A stretch of DNA of 64,000 bases from positions 248,001 to 312,000 of the forward strand of contig OZ374561.1 of the NCBI GenBank assembly GCA_977862235.1, read 5' to 3'. The DNA is from Dudresnaya verticillata. Lineage: Eukaryota. Position 1 is the stretch's first letter. Each line of letters starts with the position of its first letter. The notes beneath the pieces were generated by a model, which had not been told where the DNA came from, did not search any database, and saw only the letters and a program-made list of their open reading frames with translations. A program made the position numbers and the translations under genes. Shown here piece by piece: positions 31,857 to 45,900 of the stretch.

Positions 31857-34442
31857 CGTCGTTCTCAGGGAAACTTCGTGAACAGAGGCGTCGCTCTTAT
31901 GACGATGCAAGTGGACATCTGTCTGTTGCAGCGTTCACCACGCAGCGCGGGGACTGAAATCGTGGCACGGCTGTGCAATCCTCGAGGCTCTGATTTCAGG
32001 TGACAAAAATCGTTCGGAGGCGTTGGGCAAAAAGCAACCGAAAAGGAAAAAAACAGGGCAGGGTTTCACCAGTCATGACAGACCATCTTGCCGCTGCGAG
32101 CAGATCTCCACACCAATACCCGCTTGCTCAAAAGACGAAGGCACCTCCTGCTTGGTACGTTGTTGAGCAGGAGCAGTCGGAGAGAGACGCCTTCAACTCC
32201 CTCTCGAGCGGAGCTCACGGTGCGGAGCGTGACGCGCTGATGCCCAAGTAGCAGATGTTTGTTTGTTTTCTACATGTTTGCTCTGACCGGTTCCGCGACT
32301 GCACTAAGAAGAGCAACGACGCAACGACACAGCTCAAAAGGCAGTAAAGCTGATTGCCGGTCCATGATGATCTCATTTAGATCTAGATCCGAAAATCGGT
32401 ACAGCTGCTCCGACTTTCTGGAGCTGCAATACCCTTTTCTGGGGTGCTTGACGAATTGTGCCGCTTTGAGAAGGATTGTGCCGTATTTCCCAGGTACACC
32501 TTGTACATGTACACTAGAAGTCCCCCGGGTACTGTGGGCATTCCTAGATATTGTTCAGCACAATGCTTGTCGATTCCATACTGACCGCGGGTGTATTCCT
32601 ATATCAGGAGTATGGACGTACTAGTCTACGTTTGCTTCAGAGAGCGACCAAGAGAGAGCGACCAGACAAGCCAACGCTCCAATGCTCTGATCAGCGCATC
32701 TAGCTAGTACCAAGGTACGAACGATTGAGGAGCAGGCATGAGGCGTCGCAGATTTGGCCGCGCAAAAAAAAAAAAAAAAAAAAACGTCTTCGGATCTGCA
32801 GCGGAATGCTCAATCGGGAACGTAACTAGTCATGTCGTGCTTCCGCGCCAACTTTCGTCACGTCGCATGCGCATCAGCTTCAGGTTGGCGCTGCTTGCTA
32901 CTCTTCTGGACGTAGGAAAGTTCCGCAGTAGACGTTCTACCCTTCCCAGCACATATCTTCTTCTAGTCACGCATCCAAGTAGTGAAGGGGTTCGCTTGTT
33001 CGATAACCCCTGATGTGCTCGCCGAGGTGAAAAGCCTAGAGGAACGGGATCACATGTGATTTTTTTTTGCTGGTACGCAAACCAAATGCGTAAGCCTGAA
33101 CAATGTTTTGCTCATGCCACTCGCACTGCGCACTGCCCAATGTTTGAGAGACCGACTATCTACTTTGAATTGAGAATTAAAACTGTTGGTTGAGATTCAC
33201 CTGCACTAGTTCGGAGCGCGCTGTGCGCACTGAATGCTTCTGTCATTGAGGCGGGGCAGCGTGACAGGACATCCAATACTGGAAACAACCAAAGGGAAGT
33301 ATCGTTCCACGGTACTGTGTGTAAGCGCCTTAAGCAACCTTATGGAATGGAGCTCGAGATAGTGGTGCCGTCAAGAAATCCAGAGGACTGATCTGAGATA
33401 CTAGAGAATCGCATCATTTATGCCCCGGCTAGCTGGCATTGTCAAATGCTATCTGGCAGATAGTACATCTGTCTCAAAAAACGATTCCACGCGTCCTCGC
33501 TGCTTCCTTTGGGACGGAGCTAACGTCTCACGATAGTGTGTGCGATTCAAAAGCATAGTGTAACGGGCGAGAATGATGCGGTTGTATTCAGCTAAGCCCA
33601 CAGCAACTGCGACTTGAGAGAATGCCTCGCTTCAGAACGATACCGGCTGGTACCAACAGTCGCTCTGAAACGTTTTCGGTCCCGTGCACCCTCTATGTCT
33701 GAAGCTCTTGAAAGTGCGTATCGTCAGCTTACAAACTCTGGGATGGCTTTCAAAGCAAGTATGTGAATGGCTGTCTTATTGCATAAGAGCTTCATGAATG
33801 CATGAACAGGGTTAGTCGAGTAGTTCTTTGATTAAAGCTTGCTATTGACTACAGTCTCAAAAGGGTATCGAACACAGCAGGGGATAATTCTTAGCGAAGC
33901 TATAATCAAGCTTGACTTCGAAGGGGAACGAAAATGCGAGAAGAGGAGCAATTAGACTAGAGTTGGTCAACTAATTGACGCTCTGTTCTCCTATCCTTAT
34001 AGTCATAATCCTTGTGGACTCTTGCCTTTTTTCTCGCCTGAACTAAGACTGGGGTTAAGAAGAAATATCTACTGCGAACTCAAAGTGCTCTTCACAACAG
34101 AGTACGTGATGTTGATACTTTTTCAGACCGTTTATCATGCCAGGTGGTGTGAGCGACTAGATAAAAGGTTCCAAGCCGCCTGCCATCATTGAGAGGAGGA
34201 AGGAACTCCTGCGAGAATGTTGCTTCTATCTAGAAATTCGTCTTTTTCGATTGGAGCTCTCTAGCAACGCGAAACTCAAAAGCAGCACGGAGTAACATAT
34301 CCATCAACATTGTTATCATTGTGTGTCGCCTCGGTTTGGACGTGATCTACTTCTGAATTTCCCCCGATTGCTACCGAGAGACTTTCTGCAAGTTGCCCTG
34401 ATTCATATTGCCCAATACGCGGATGTTGGCCTCAACAGAAAG

Positions 34443-35975
34443 CTAGAATTCCCACAAGCTCTCCTTCGCTGAAGGGAATGGTTTGGGAAACATGAGCCAC
34501 GAGAGCGTATTGCAAATCCCTATATTCTCCCTATCCAAGTTATTTCCAACTCTAAAATTTGCATCCAATAAAGAAATGAATGCCTGTCCGCATGAAGATA
34601 GGCACTGGTACTTGTTTTTGAATCTAGCATACGCGTCGAACCTCTTCAGTCGAAAGAGAACGGGTTGTTCGAAGAGGACTGCCGGATTTGTTCCATGTAT
34701 TTTATTGAGTGTATGCATTGTTGTTTTATCCGGATAAGAAGCAAGGGGGAAGTTGCTTGATTGCCAAAAGCTGCTTTTGTTTTCGGAAACTATTCCTTCC
34801 CACGAACCAAACTGAAACTAGGATAAACCCCCCTGTCCAACTTCAAAAGTTTTCTACCCTCCATCTTCACGAATCCCAATAAACTTAAAAGATCCGCAAT
34901 TCCCATCTCCTCCCCAATAATGTTACGTGCCCCCTCCAACTCTTCTTTTCCGTTCATGCTTCTCCCCGCGACTCTGTTTGTCGTTAGATGCACTATTGGA
35001 TCAATTCGACCAAAATTATCTTGTGCATTCTTTCCTCTTAAGGCCATGTGCCATCCCATGTGTGATGCGTCAGCGGCAAGCACAGCAAACAATTGAATTC
35101 CTTTCATTGCTACAGTGGCTGAAAATTCACAGCGTGCAATTGTCAACTGAGGCAGAGTTGGCGCGATGTCAGTTAGGTGTTCTATGAAAAATATATCAGC
35201 CGTAAATGTATTTGACGGAATTATACGTACCACTGTCGCTGGAAAGATGCATTGGATGGGCATTTATATCGACTTTTTCTCCGTTAAAAGATATGTAAAA
35301 ATGCACTTTAGAAGTCCGCCAAGCTTGACGATGCGCGCACATGCCAGAATGGAAAACCAAAGATGCATAGAACTCAATAAACTTCGAGTGGGTTACCCAG
35401 AACGAGGCAACAAGGTTTGTTATTGTGATGATATTGGGGAATAGATATCTAGGCTGTGCCGAGAGTGCAACCTTCTCTTTTCCTTCAGATATGTGAGAAG
35501 ATGACACCGTCGGCCGGATAAATGTCATCAAAGGTGTCGTGGAAGGTTGAACAAATGGCATGAAAGAAAGCCAGTGCAGCACTGATGCACTCCACTAGGT
35601 GTCAAAGGATATGCAGAAGGCTACCGAAGGGTGCACGGTGAGGTCCAGGGTAGTGTCTAAATACTTCTTCCCATGGCCTGTGGCTTTTCACGCGAATGAT
35701 GATACGAATAGAAACATAGTATGATAGTAACTACCCCGAGCGGGACCACCTAAAACAACCACTAAAAGTTTACCATCACTAACAGAAAAAACCGAAGTTT
35801 GTGTTTTATCCTCTTCTTTTCGTAAAGCCCTTCTATTACCACTATTACTGAGTTGGACAGGCTCTTTCCAAATTTCCACACATTGCAATTTTTGCATGCC
35901 TCGCGATACCTCCTCTAACATGCCCTCCAGAGACATCCTTGCGTTCCAAAACTGTGCACAGTTGCGGACAAACAC
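34443..35975 (-). pseudogene. Possible decayed coding sequence (chain of broken ORFs), origin unknown
   Basis: Four consecutive minus-strand ORFs (95, 128, 157, 91 aa), three in the same frame, separated by stops or frameshifts. No family recognised. Confidence 0.25.
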
Positions 35976-38900
35976 GAGCTGACCACGCCGTCGTTAAAGA
36001 TAGAACGCTTTATTTCCTTGCAGTGCCAGAGCACCCGGCTTGGCTCCTTGTGGTATCACGTTCTCAACAGCGAACAGATGGCAGTATCGATGTGAAGTTA
36101 TGTGAAGTCAAGTGATGTGATGCGGTGGTTGTGTCCGTGTGCAAAGATGTGGAACGACGCCTTTCTACAGTTGTGCTGCTGCTACAGTAGCTGGGACCTT
36201 TTTAGGCGGGATCTAGGGCATCAAGGGGAGCAAGATGCACCCGTTGGAAAATGAGAACAGCACCGATAGTGTCGCCGAAAGGAGAACATGTGCAGCTGCT
36301 CCCTTCTAGGGATAGACTTTCAATTATGCAAGAAATGCAAAGTAAGCAAAATGACAATCGAAAACGTGGCATGGCTTTGGGTGAAGCCCTATTGTGTAAT
36401 TCTTATTTGTGGACTCGCCAGCTGTCGTAGCTGGGGTCCAACCACATGGCCGCAAACGAAAGAGCGAAGGGTCCCAAGCACGTTTCTTCCCCTACGCGTC
36501 TTCTTCACTTACTCTGATTACCGGATTACCAACGGCCAAAATACGCTCAGGGATGTTTTTCTCTTCTCGTTCTATTACGCATGGTGCAGGAACCGTTATC
36601 GATTGTTTTCTGGGTTCAGAATGCAAGTGCGGAGGAAGAGGGCAAACGGTTCATGTACAACCGCAGTAGTCTGCAACGAAAGAATTGGACTCCTCATTTT
36701 TCGTGTCAATGACAGCACGATGGAGAATAGACTTTTAAGTTCTAGAAGAACACAGAGAATGGTATGCGTGTTGATAGGCACATTAGCCGTAACAGAAGAC
36801 AGCGCACGGCTCGAATGTCACTTTCGCAACATGCCAATCGAGCAGCTCTTGTGCACGTGTATTATGGGAATCTGTTTCGGGCCACACCAACAATGCGTAA
36901 GAAAGGGTTCTGTAGCGACAGGTTCAGCTGTAGATTGTAGATTGTATAAAGGCATACCAAGGCAACTAAGGAACTTCACTTCTTATCAAAAGAACATCCT
37001 ATGCCCTTTCAGTTCCTCCTACGGATCAAGGATTCGGAAAAGCTCCTTTTGTATATCACATCTCTCTCAGTCTCGAGTTTCCTCTGCAAAAACTGCTATA
37101 GAAAGTGCTGCATCCGTTAAAACCACCCTCCACTTGTCCAAAATAGATCAAGGACCGATGTACTCTATATGCTTCTGCCACATGGTCAGTCACACGCCAG
37201 AAAGACGAGAACATGCAGAGTAGACATATAGCGAAAATTCCTGTCTATAACAAGTCCAACATGTGATAATGTAATGGCAAACATCGGACAGGAAAAAGAT
37301 GCAACACGTGGCATTAGCTGTGAATGCAAGGCATTCTCAGACTAGAAAAGATGAAGCGCCTGTTCGACAGCGCCCTCTGCTTGTAAAGTTTACCGGGGTC
37401 CCGCAAGCCCATGCCGTAATCTCTCTTTACGCCCGATAGTGCGCTCCGGCCTTATCCTCTAGCGAGCAAAAACCCTTTTGGGGAAGTCAAAATCACTAAC
37501 CATGTGACCCATGAAAGTTCAGCGCATCAGGCTAGCTACGGATAGGTACACGACTAGCTGCCTATTTATGCCGTAGGCTGCGGGTTGAACGCCTCACGGC
37601 TTGGTCGTCCGACCGAACCATCGGCCTTTAACTGTCCTCCCTGGTCAGCTTGTAAACTTCCAGCATTGGATTCCGGACCCGGGACGCCCAGTGCCAATGG
37701 TCTCTGCCTTTACTGCTGCCTACATCATTGGCGAGATGTGTGATGATGGGTCGAAACAGGGCTGAAATGTTAATGGCTGACCTGTGCAACGGTATGTCCA
37801 GAACAACAATAGCTCCTTTAACGATGTTATTGAATCATAGCCTGGAGCCCTTTCTACACGGAATGGGTGACTGCAAGTGTATGCTCCCTTTATCATGTCC
37901 TAGTCTCGTGCAGCATAACGGAAACACTTAAATCTTGGGTTCATCGTGTGGAACTGCTACGTGTCGATGCTACGAACACTTTTTCAATGACAGCTGCGGG
38001 TTGAGTTAAGAAAAAGTATGGTTTTGGGGGAGCTTCTGTCCTAACCTCCTTCTCTTTGCACTTCAAACGAAGCGGTGTGTGAGACGGAATATAGCCCCAG
38101 AAGCTGCCCTTAGAAGCGCTTCAAGACTAAAATGCTTCCAGAGTCACGAGTTAGTAGGGATTTTTTGCCAAAGCTCGGATCATTGCGGCCTCATCCAGAG
38201 CAGGCCTTAAAGGTACTTATACTGTATGCACTCTAGCCTTTAACAATAACATACAATACTTTTCTTGCGCAGTCCTAAACAGCCCTAACATAACCTATAG
38301 AGGTATACACGTGCAAAGATGTGCCTCTACAGCCTCAAAATGCGATCTCAGCCTATTGCTGATAAAGCATATAACAGGTTCATCAAAAGGTTGAAAAGAC
38401 TAGTTTTTGATGGATATGGGACACCCTTGCGTGTGACGAGTAGTTCATTTGAAAAGGGGGAGAGGGAGCGTAGAGCGTAGTCACAGTCATCCCCTATTGG
38501 TCTTGAATGCAATGTCAGCAATCGAAGGACAATGCAATGTTTCACATGCGTTTTCGTAATGTGGTGAATTACCTAAATTGTCTGTGCTGTCTCAGCCTCT
38601 CGTTTCTGGTTATTTTTTCGATGACAGACTTCGTGATATATCCCCTCAAGACTGTTGTCAAAGGCAGACACAATTGTGCCCTATACAGTAAAACACATCG
38701 GAATTGCTCTAAGATTTCTTTTCGCCAGTATAGTACCCAATTAGCAATGTTTGGCGTCGGATTTGCATGGCTTGATTCCTCGCTGTATCCATATCCATAT
38801 ACTTGTACGGATGTGCAAAAGCCTTCTCTGCTCAAGCTTTCTGCTTTGGCCGACCATTCCTTCTTTCATGTCCTCCTCCAGGCTGCTGAGGCTGTGTGAA

Positions 38901-40673
38901 GAAAAAGAACAGACAACCCTGCTTCAGGGAGATAACCCCTCAGGGGAATCGCCATGCTTGTTGCCGCGCAGCATCCAGTGCGGGGTCGCGCGTAACAATC
39001 TGGACTCGGAAATCTAGATCTAGCGCCGTCGCCGCTCGCCGGCGGCGAACATCACAGTTCTACCTACCCTGCACAGCCCCGACGCTAGACGGGCTTCCGA
39101 GGCAGACAAGAGGGATAGTTAGTAAACTGTGTGCCACAACTAGCCGCGCTTTACTAACGCTCTTGCCCGCCCTAGCTCTCGCTTTCGCACGCTCTGTCGC
39201 TCGCTTCGCACTGTAGCTTACAGCACCCTCTCTCTCTCTCTCTCACTGTTGCGTCATCCCCTCCCGAGTATTTGACTATTCGGGGACGCTCAGGAGGGCA
39301 CTCAGGCGGTTGAGCGACAATACAGGCTTTTCCAGTAGGTGTTTTATTGTCGATCGTTGGAATTGCCACGAAACCTACAGCGCAATTTGATGGGGACAAC
39401 GATTCCGAAAGGACTCATCCTCGCAGAATGTCGTGTTCTAATCGCCTTTCTGCATCGAGCACTTGACACTCGGCACTCTCCGAAGGATGGGGGAAAAGTG
39501 AGCAGAGTACAGCTTGTTTCCTAATCTGCATGAGAGGTTAAATTATGTTTAACATGAAGGCTATTTAGGGTATAGTTTGCGCGTTAGGCATGTCATTGCA
39601 TTGTTCTTCCATCCCTTCACATCCGGCAAATCCATCGCATCGTCGAGGTTTTTTTTGACTGCAAGCAGGCAGACACCGAATGCCAATTGCCGTATCGAAC
39701 AGACACAGCGCATACCCATTGCGCGCCTTGCTCCAACTCTTCAAGCCAATTCTGAGGGTTCATACTGTACTGTATGACACCCCACCAGCGCATACAGCAG
39801 CAACAACAGCAACAACGACAACAACAACAACAATTTCCTTCGTAGACGTTTTCTAGGCTGCCAGACAGGTGGACAGAAACTACTAGACTGACTGTTGGCT
39901 GTTGTTCGCGTAGAAACACGGGTTTTCCCGTCGCCACCGGTGCGATTTCTCCGGGAAAGCTGGGATTGCCCGCGACCATGGTCCTGCGTCCATGCCGGAC
40001 GCAGGTTCGGAGCCTAAAACCTATTCCATCCCTCCAGATTCGGGACGGGGCCTGCGCAACGAGGTGTTCGGTCTGACCAAGGTGAGATACCCTAAAGTAT
40101 GTGGCACTCGCACAGATGCGGCACGATTCTCTAGCGTTGCGGGCGGTGCGGAAGCGAGGCCGCACACTGAACAGCGCAACGGACGCCACGCGTGGCGCTG
40201 CCAGTACAGGGCCTGAACTCTGCTTCCCGTCGTGGTGACATCAGCGTCTGCACAAACGCCACAACCTGTGGCCAGGCTGGTCTCACTACGGAGCAGGACT
40301 CGGCGGCGGACGGGATTGACGCGTCACAGGCAGCTTGCAAACGTGGCAGCCTGGAAAGACATTGACTGTGGGACCTGCATTTATCCTCAGAAATAGACTT
40401 TCGAGCATGTAATTTATGCGCGTAGAGACGCTACTCCGCACGGAATTACCCTTTTAGGCCCTAATTAGATCCGAGATAAAAACCCAATAGCGTGTTATAA
40501 GGGATCCCCACTTAGAATCACGCATTTTGAATCCTGGCGGCAGAGTTTTGTTGACAGAACCAGACAAGGAGACAAGGCTCCGGGGACCAGCTGTGGTCTG
40601 AATGGAAAGGAAGTGAGGCTCTCACGGCAGACGAAGGTGTCTCCGTGTAAACTCTAGGATTGCCTGAGTCAGC

Positions 40674-40710
40674 GCTGCCGCGCTGCCGCGCTGCCGCGCT
40701 GCCGCGCTGC
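40674..40710. repeat. Tandem repeat (CGCTGCCG) x~4.5
   Basis: Seen directly. Confidence 0.85.
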
Positions 40711-41347
40711 ATGCACCTATGGCACTCTCCGCCCAAGTGCAGAAAGCCACTCACGAAGGGGCGATGGTCGGGGAACCAGCCCAATTGTGCCGTGGGAGGC
40801 GGTGACACGGATCAACGACAAATTCGAGGGACACCTGCGACGGGCAAGACGAGAATTGGCAGGCGCGCATTTTCTCAACACAACCCCGACCGTGCACTAA
40901 TCACCATTCCAAGCAAAGTTGGGACAACCTTGCCGTCGTGGTACCCAACTTTTAAACATCCCGGCTTTTGCGTCGAAACGTGTAATTTGGTCCGGCACTA
41001 GATCTCTGGGTTTGTGTTGTCCGCCTAGGTCAAGCCCGTCGGAATCACATGATAACATAATCAGTTTCATACGCGTGCATTGCTTTCAAATGAATGCATT
41101 GTGCACCAATTCTCGGGTGTTCTGTTCATCATCACGCACCGCATGAACCCTGCCAACGGCGATCAATAAATTCAGGTCCTGACCGAAGAGTCAGGACCTG
41201 TTCCCCGCTCAGTCTCTACAACATTCGTTGAGGCAATGTGTCGCCGAAGGTAGAAGACGCAACTCAACTTCCTCTCCTCTTATCCTCAACAGCCCCTCAC
41301 AAACTCAGGGAGACCGTTTCCCTCGCACGTATTATTACCCCTCCAAT

Positions 41348-42958
41348 ATGTATCCTCCCCTTCTCCTTCTTTTACTTCTGCTCACATGCACATGTGCCCA
41401 ACTCATCCTCAGTCCAGATCCTGCGCCGGAGCAGAACAAGCCGAGATTGCCACCTTTATCGGGATCAGGACCTTTGCGCATTCCGTCTTTCGAAGATGTG
41501 ACGGAGGCGTCGGGTATTACTCAACCTGGTCCAAGCTTCAAGTACGGTGGCCCTGGTGTTGCAGACGTCAACAACGATGGAATATACGATCTCATACTTT
41601 CATATCATGCCCTTGATCCAATGGAGATATTTCTAGGAATGCCGAATGGCATGTTTAAGCGCGCAAACTTTACCCTGCAGCAGGACATTCATGGTGTCAA
41701 TGTCGGACATCGCACAGCTCTATCTACGGACCGAATATTCTCCGTGAATGTAGGTGGTGGTAGAGGCAGAAACCCTAAGCCACCATTCATATACGAAATG
41801 AACCGGCAAGGTGTGACAGAAGACATTACGTATAAATACGGACTCGGGAAAAGGGTCGGAAGACCACGCATATCTATCTTCATGGACCTTTCAATGAAAG
41901 GCAAGGAGCGTCGGAAGCGCGAAAAGGGAGGCCCAGACATGCTCAACATCCAGTACTTGGGAGTGAATGAAAATCTTCAACAGTTCGGCTACGCAAACAT
42001 AGGTGGTAACTACAAGCCCATGCGCATCAAAGGTTTCGAGGATGAGCGGTGGGGCAGAGCGGATGTAACTGATATTGATGGCGATGGAGTGATGGAACTC
42101 GTCAGCTTTGTAGCATTTCGAATTTACAAGCTTGTGAAACCATTCACCTTCATCGATGCCACAAAGCAGTTTCTTCCCCCCGACTTCAAGAAATTCCATC
42201 AAGCCACGCAGTCTGCTATTACTGAATTCGATATGGACAATGATGGAGATTTCGATCTGTACGTAGCCCGTGCAAAAAGCCGCTTGCTGACAAATCGTGC
42301 TGAGCAAAGTGCGGGTCCGGGCTCAGACGTGCTGCTTAAGAATGTGGGTGGAAAGTATGTTGATGTATCCGAAGAAGCCGGTATTCCAAAAGGGACCGAC
42401 AGCATTGGCGTTACCGCTGCAGATTTCAACAACGACGGGTATGTGGATCTTCTTGTCATGTTGTGGCGAGAGCCAGACATGCTGCTTCTCAACCAAGGGG
42501 ACGGTACTTTCAAGAGGGTCAATCGCCTAGTTCCAAAGTCGAGGGATACAGTGGGACACAATGCAGTGGCTGTTGATTACAACCTCGATGGGGCAGTTGA
42601 CCTCGTTGTTGCCCATGGCAATGTGAAGGACATCACCGGAAAGTACTTCCTGATGCGCAATAAACTGAAGCCGGGACCCAAATCACACTATCTGCTTGTG
42701 TGGGTTGGGCATGCCCCGGACCGAGGCGCGACGTCGATACATGCTGTAGTAACGGTGGAGATCAATGGCCACATGATGACGAGGCGAGTCGGATCACGAG
42801 GCGGAAACTACGGCGGTGGCTCATACATCGATACCGTCCATTTTGGACTCGGAGCAGCAACAGTCGTCAATCGACTCACTGTGAAGTGGACGAATGGGTT
42901 TGTACAGGTGAAACGCCAGGTCCGAGCTGATCAGAAGATAACGTTGGGTCGAACTTAA
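41348..42958 (+). CDS. Secreted FG-GAP repeat protein with C-terminal ASPIC/UnbV domain (CRTAC1-like)
   Basis: Signal peptide MYPPLLLLLLLLTCTCA; repeats ADVNNDGIYDL, DIDGDGVMEL, DMDNDGDFDLYV, ADFNNDGYVDL, DYNLDGAVDL; C-terminal VHFGLG..V.W.NG. Confidence 0.92.
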   Translation: MYPPLLLLLLLLTCTCAQLILSPDPAPEQNKPRLPPLSGSGPLRIPSFEDVTEASGITQPGPSFKYGGPGVADVNNDGIYDLILSYHALDPMEIFLGMPNGMFKRANFTLQQDIHGVNVGHRTALSTDRIFSVNVGGGRGRNPKPPFIYEMNRQGVTEDITYKYGLGKRVGRPRISIFMDLSMKGKERRKREKGGPDMLNIQYLGVNENLQQFGYANIGGNYKPMRIKGFEDERWGRADVTDIDGDGVMELVSFVAFRIYKLVKPFTFIDATKQFLPPDFKKFHQATQSAITEFDMDNDGDFDLYVARAKSRLLTNRAEQSAGPGSDVLLKNVGGKYVDVSEEAGIPKGTDSIGVTAADFNNDGYVDLLVMLWREPDMLLLNQGDGTFKRVNRLVPKSRDTVGHNAVAVDYNLDGAVDLVVAHGNVKDITGKYFLMRNKLKPGPKSHYLLVWVGHAPDRGATSIHAVVTVEINGHMMTRRVGSRGGNYGGGSYIDTVHFGLGAATVVNRLTVKWTNGFVQVKRQVRADQKITLGRT

Positions 42959-45900
42959 GTGAAGGAAGGTCTGCTGCCTGCAGTCATGATGGCTAATTGG
43001 CTGATTAGGGTATTAGGCGTAGAGTAGTAGGACATTGCAACCACATCCGCCATGGACTCTCCACATTCTCCATGATTTTGAGCCGCCGTTGACAGCGATC
43101 ACCTTGCAAGCTCGGCAACACTTTTTTCGTACCATAAAGATGTGCGCCCAAGACTAACATGGCAAGAATGGTTAAATTGATCTTGAGGATTAGCATTTGG
43201 AAAGAGCCCATTTATTGGCCTGAAGGACGAGATTACAGTAAGTACGAGGACAGGCACACAATTGATGCTTGAACCTCAGCATTGCAGCTTTGGATTTGTC
43301 GTCTCTCTTGTTTCCAGAGTGCAAGAGTTGGAGTCCTGACGGGTTCCGTACTTTGTGTTTGAGAGACCTTTCATCGCCTGTAGACTGGCATTGCATGCAT
43401 TGCATACCAATCCGCAAGAGATGAAACATCTCTCTGCAATGGTTTCGAACAACCCTTCTCTCCAAGCTATCACGGTCTGTGGCCACAATCCAGTGCCTGA
43501 CTGCAAGCCAGCATTTGGTCTGCTCTTGGGTCCTGGCAGGCATTCGAGAACACACACGGCCGACGACTGCAACCGACAGGACATTAAAAGCCTCGCAGTC
43601 ACGACCAAACTTTTCAGCATGTGCTGGTGTACATCGTCACAGGGAACTTGCACAACATCATGTGACCATGATGACACAAAACAGCTGGTGACCACGATGA
43701 CACTTTTACCACGGCCCAGCGATCGCCAAACGCGCGGTCGAACGACAAAAATCTCGTTCGCGCTGAGAGCATACCACTCGTCGCCTTTTTCCAAAACGTT
43801 TTAGCTCAAGTATTGTCTGCATATGGCACCTCTAAGGAAAGTCTGCAAGTCTGAACTTCAAGAGATGTTGACATGAATCAAAAGCCCGAAAAAGCTTCAG
43901 AAGCATCCGAGCAGTCTGCGAACCGAGCCTGAAAAGGGCCGCATTTCCACGCACCCAGATATCCGGGTGAACTGAACGCTATTTTCCTCCACGATCCAAA
44001 CCATGATCCAAGCCCATCTAATTCCTGCTCACTCTGCCTCAAAAGCACAGATCTCAAACAGGTGGTAAAGCAATACCACCTCCAGCATGGTATTCCACGT
44101 CACAGACATGCTCCTGCGTTTGTATTAATGTAATACGGTTTCCAAGCGAAGGAAGCCTACTTCTGCCCACGTCCAACAGAGCGGAGTAGAACCACAAGTC
44201 AGGTTGCCTCGATGTTTGTGGTAGTCTTATTGTTAACACTTATACTCAACCCAGGTACGTGTATGGTTGCATACATTGCAAGACTGGTTTGTGAAATGTT
44301 CAGAACGCCCCGAGGTGTGTGTGACAATGCAGACAGTTTGACATGATTACATCTACATTGTAAGGAAAACTGTGATTGCCCTTTTCTGACAACTAGGAGA
44401 AGTGGGGCCCAGAAGCGTTCGGCAAGGGAGACACGGTGCGTCAGGCTTTTGTTTTACTGCACGTGTTTGTCATCTACGAAAGGCCAAACAATGGGTACTA
44501 TAAAAGATTCTGCTGCGAGTCGAGTTAATACAACCTACGGATCTTCACGGGGGTTTTATACAGAGAAAGGGAATTTTACAAGTTCATATGAGGGAGAGAA
44601 ATCTACGAAGCTCCCGGGATTTTGCGAGGACTGCATAATCGAGACTGCTGCGCAGCTATTTGCAACGGTTGTTATTCTTCTCAAGCAGTCTAGCACTGCA
44701 CAGGTGTGTGTTACCGAATGTACCGAACAGGTGTGTGTTACATCCAGCATTCCGAAAAGGAATTACTTCTGAAAGCTTTGACAGTGCAGGACCTGCTGTA
44801 GAAGATCCTTTACTGACCTTGATACAGCTTCCCGCTATCTAATGCCCTCACCGTAGGCTTTGTGTCTACCCTCCTTCGTTACCTAGCTCTGGTAGTTAAC
44901 CGGAAAACAGGATCTTAACAATGACAGAACCAAGACGAAATATCTTAAATTTCCCTTTGCCCAGACACGCAACCTTCTGCAACTATTCGTCCCGATAGTT
45001 AAAGAATTATTGACCAAGGCTTCTGACTTCACAGTTTTGGCCTTCATTGAGTCCTAGGCTAGATGGAGTTGCATATCGGGGGATTTTGAGGACATTCCAA
45101 ATTGCTATTACTCGGATGCGTTGAGAACTAGTCAAGGAAGCTTGGCTTCTTTTCGCCAGACCCAGATATGTAACAGGATTTAACGCTAACACTTTCTGTG
45201 CTGTAAAAATGCAGTCAATATTCATACTCAGCCATGTTGGAATATAATTATAATGAAGGGTTCATATGAGTGGGCTGTTCTACTGTGGTATGGATCAGGC
45301 TTTGGGCATCTGCTGAATACAATATTCTCGAGTGTGTAACATCACGACAGGCGCTACACTTGGTAATGTTTCTTTTCAAGGCAAAGAAAAACCTATTCGT
45401 TTACTACAGACTATGACAATGATACATGAACAGAACTTGAGCAAAAGCAATGACAAATCGAACCCTCATGTATCACAAGAGTAATTCCACACATACCCGG
45501 CTTCTTATTGTTCTAATGCGACCATAGTGTTTTGAATTTCATCGTGTGTGGCAGCTTATCGATGTAAAGATAGGAATGCTGGGAGATTTTTGTGCCGATG
45601 CTTCTAATGGCTGTGGGTTTTATTCCGATACTTGGATACGCCAAAGACAAGCTATTTGTATTCCAAAAACGCTGTGACGGAAACCTTTCTATTTATCCTG
45701 CTCAGTCGGGGCTCGGCAGTGCATACTGAGAAAGCTAGGTGCTGCTGCAACTGTAAATAGCTTCTGGAAGCGGATCGGCAGTCAGTAACATGATAGTGTA
45801 TGCCAGATCCTCCTTATGCGTTTATACCATTCGAGAGACGGAAAATGACGGACTGGCGCTGTGTTATTTTCAATATGAAACGGTAGTGCAGCTTCCACTT

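Noticed and set aside
36288..37223. 311-aa plus-strand ORF in the low-GC block
   Set aside because: Cys/Ser/Arg-rich random-looking composition with no motifs; cannot be supported as a gene without homology.
38930..39560. Possible solo LTR or TE terminus
   Set aside because: No second copy, TG..CA boundaries, PBS/PPT or target-site duplication could be established within the window.
44699..44742. 15-bp direct repeat ACAGGTGTGTGTTAC x2 (CRISPR-like or target-site duplication?)
   Set aside because: Only two copies ~13 bp apart, eukaryotic context, no cas genes and no element between them.
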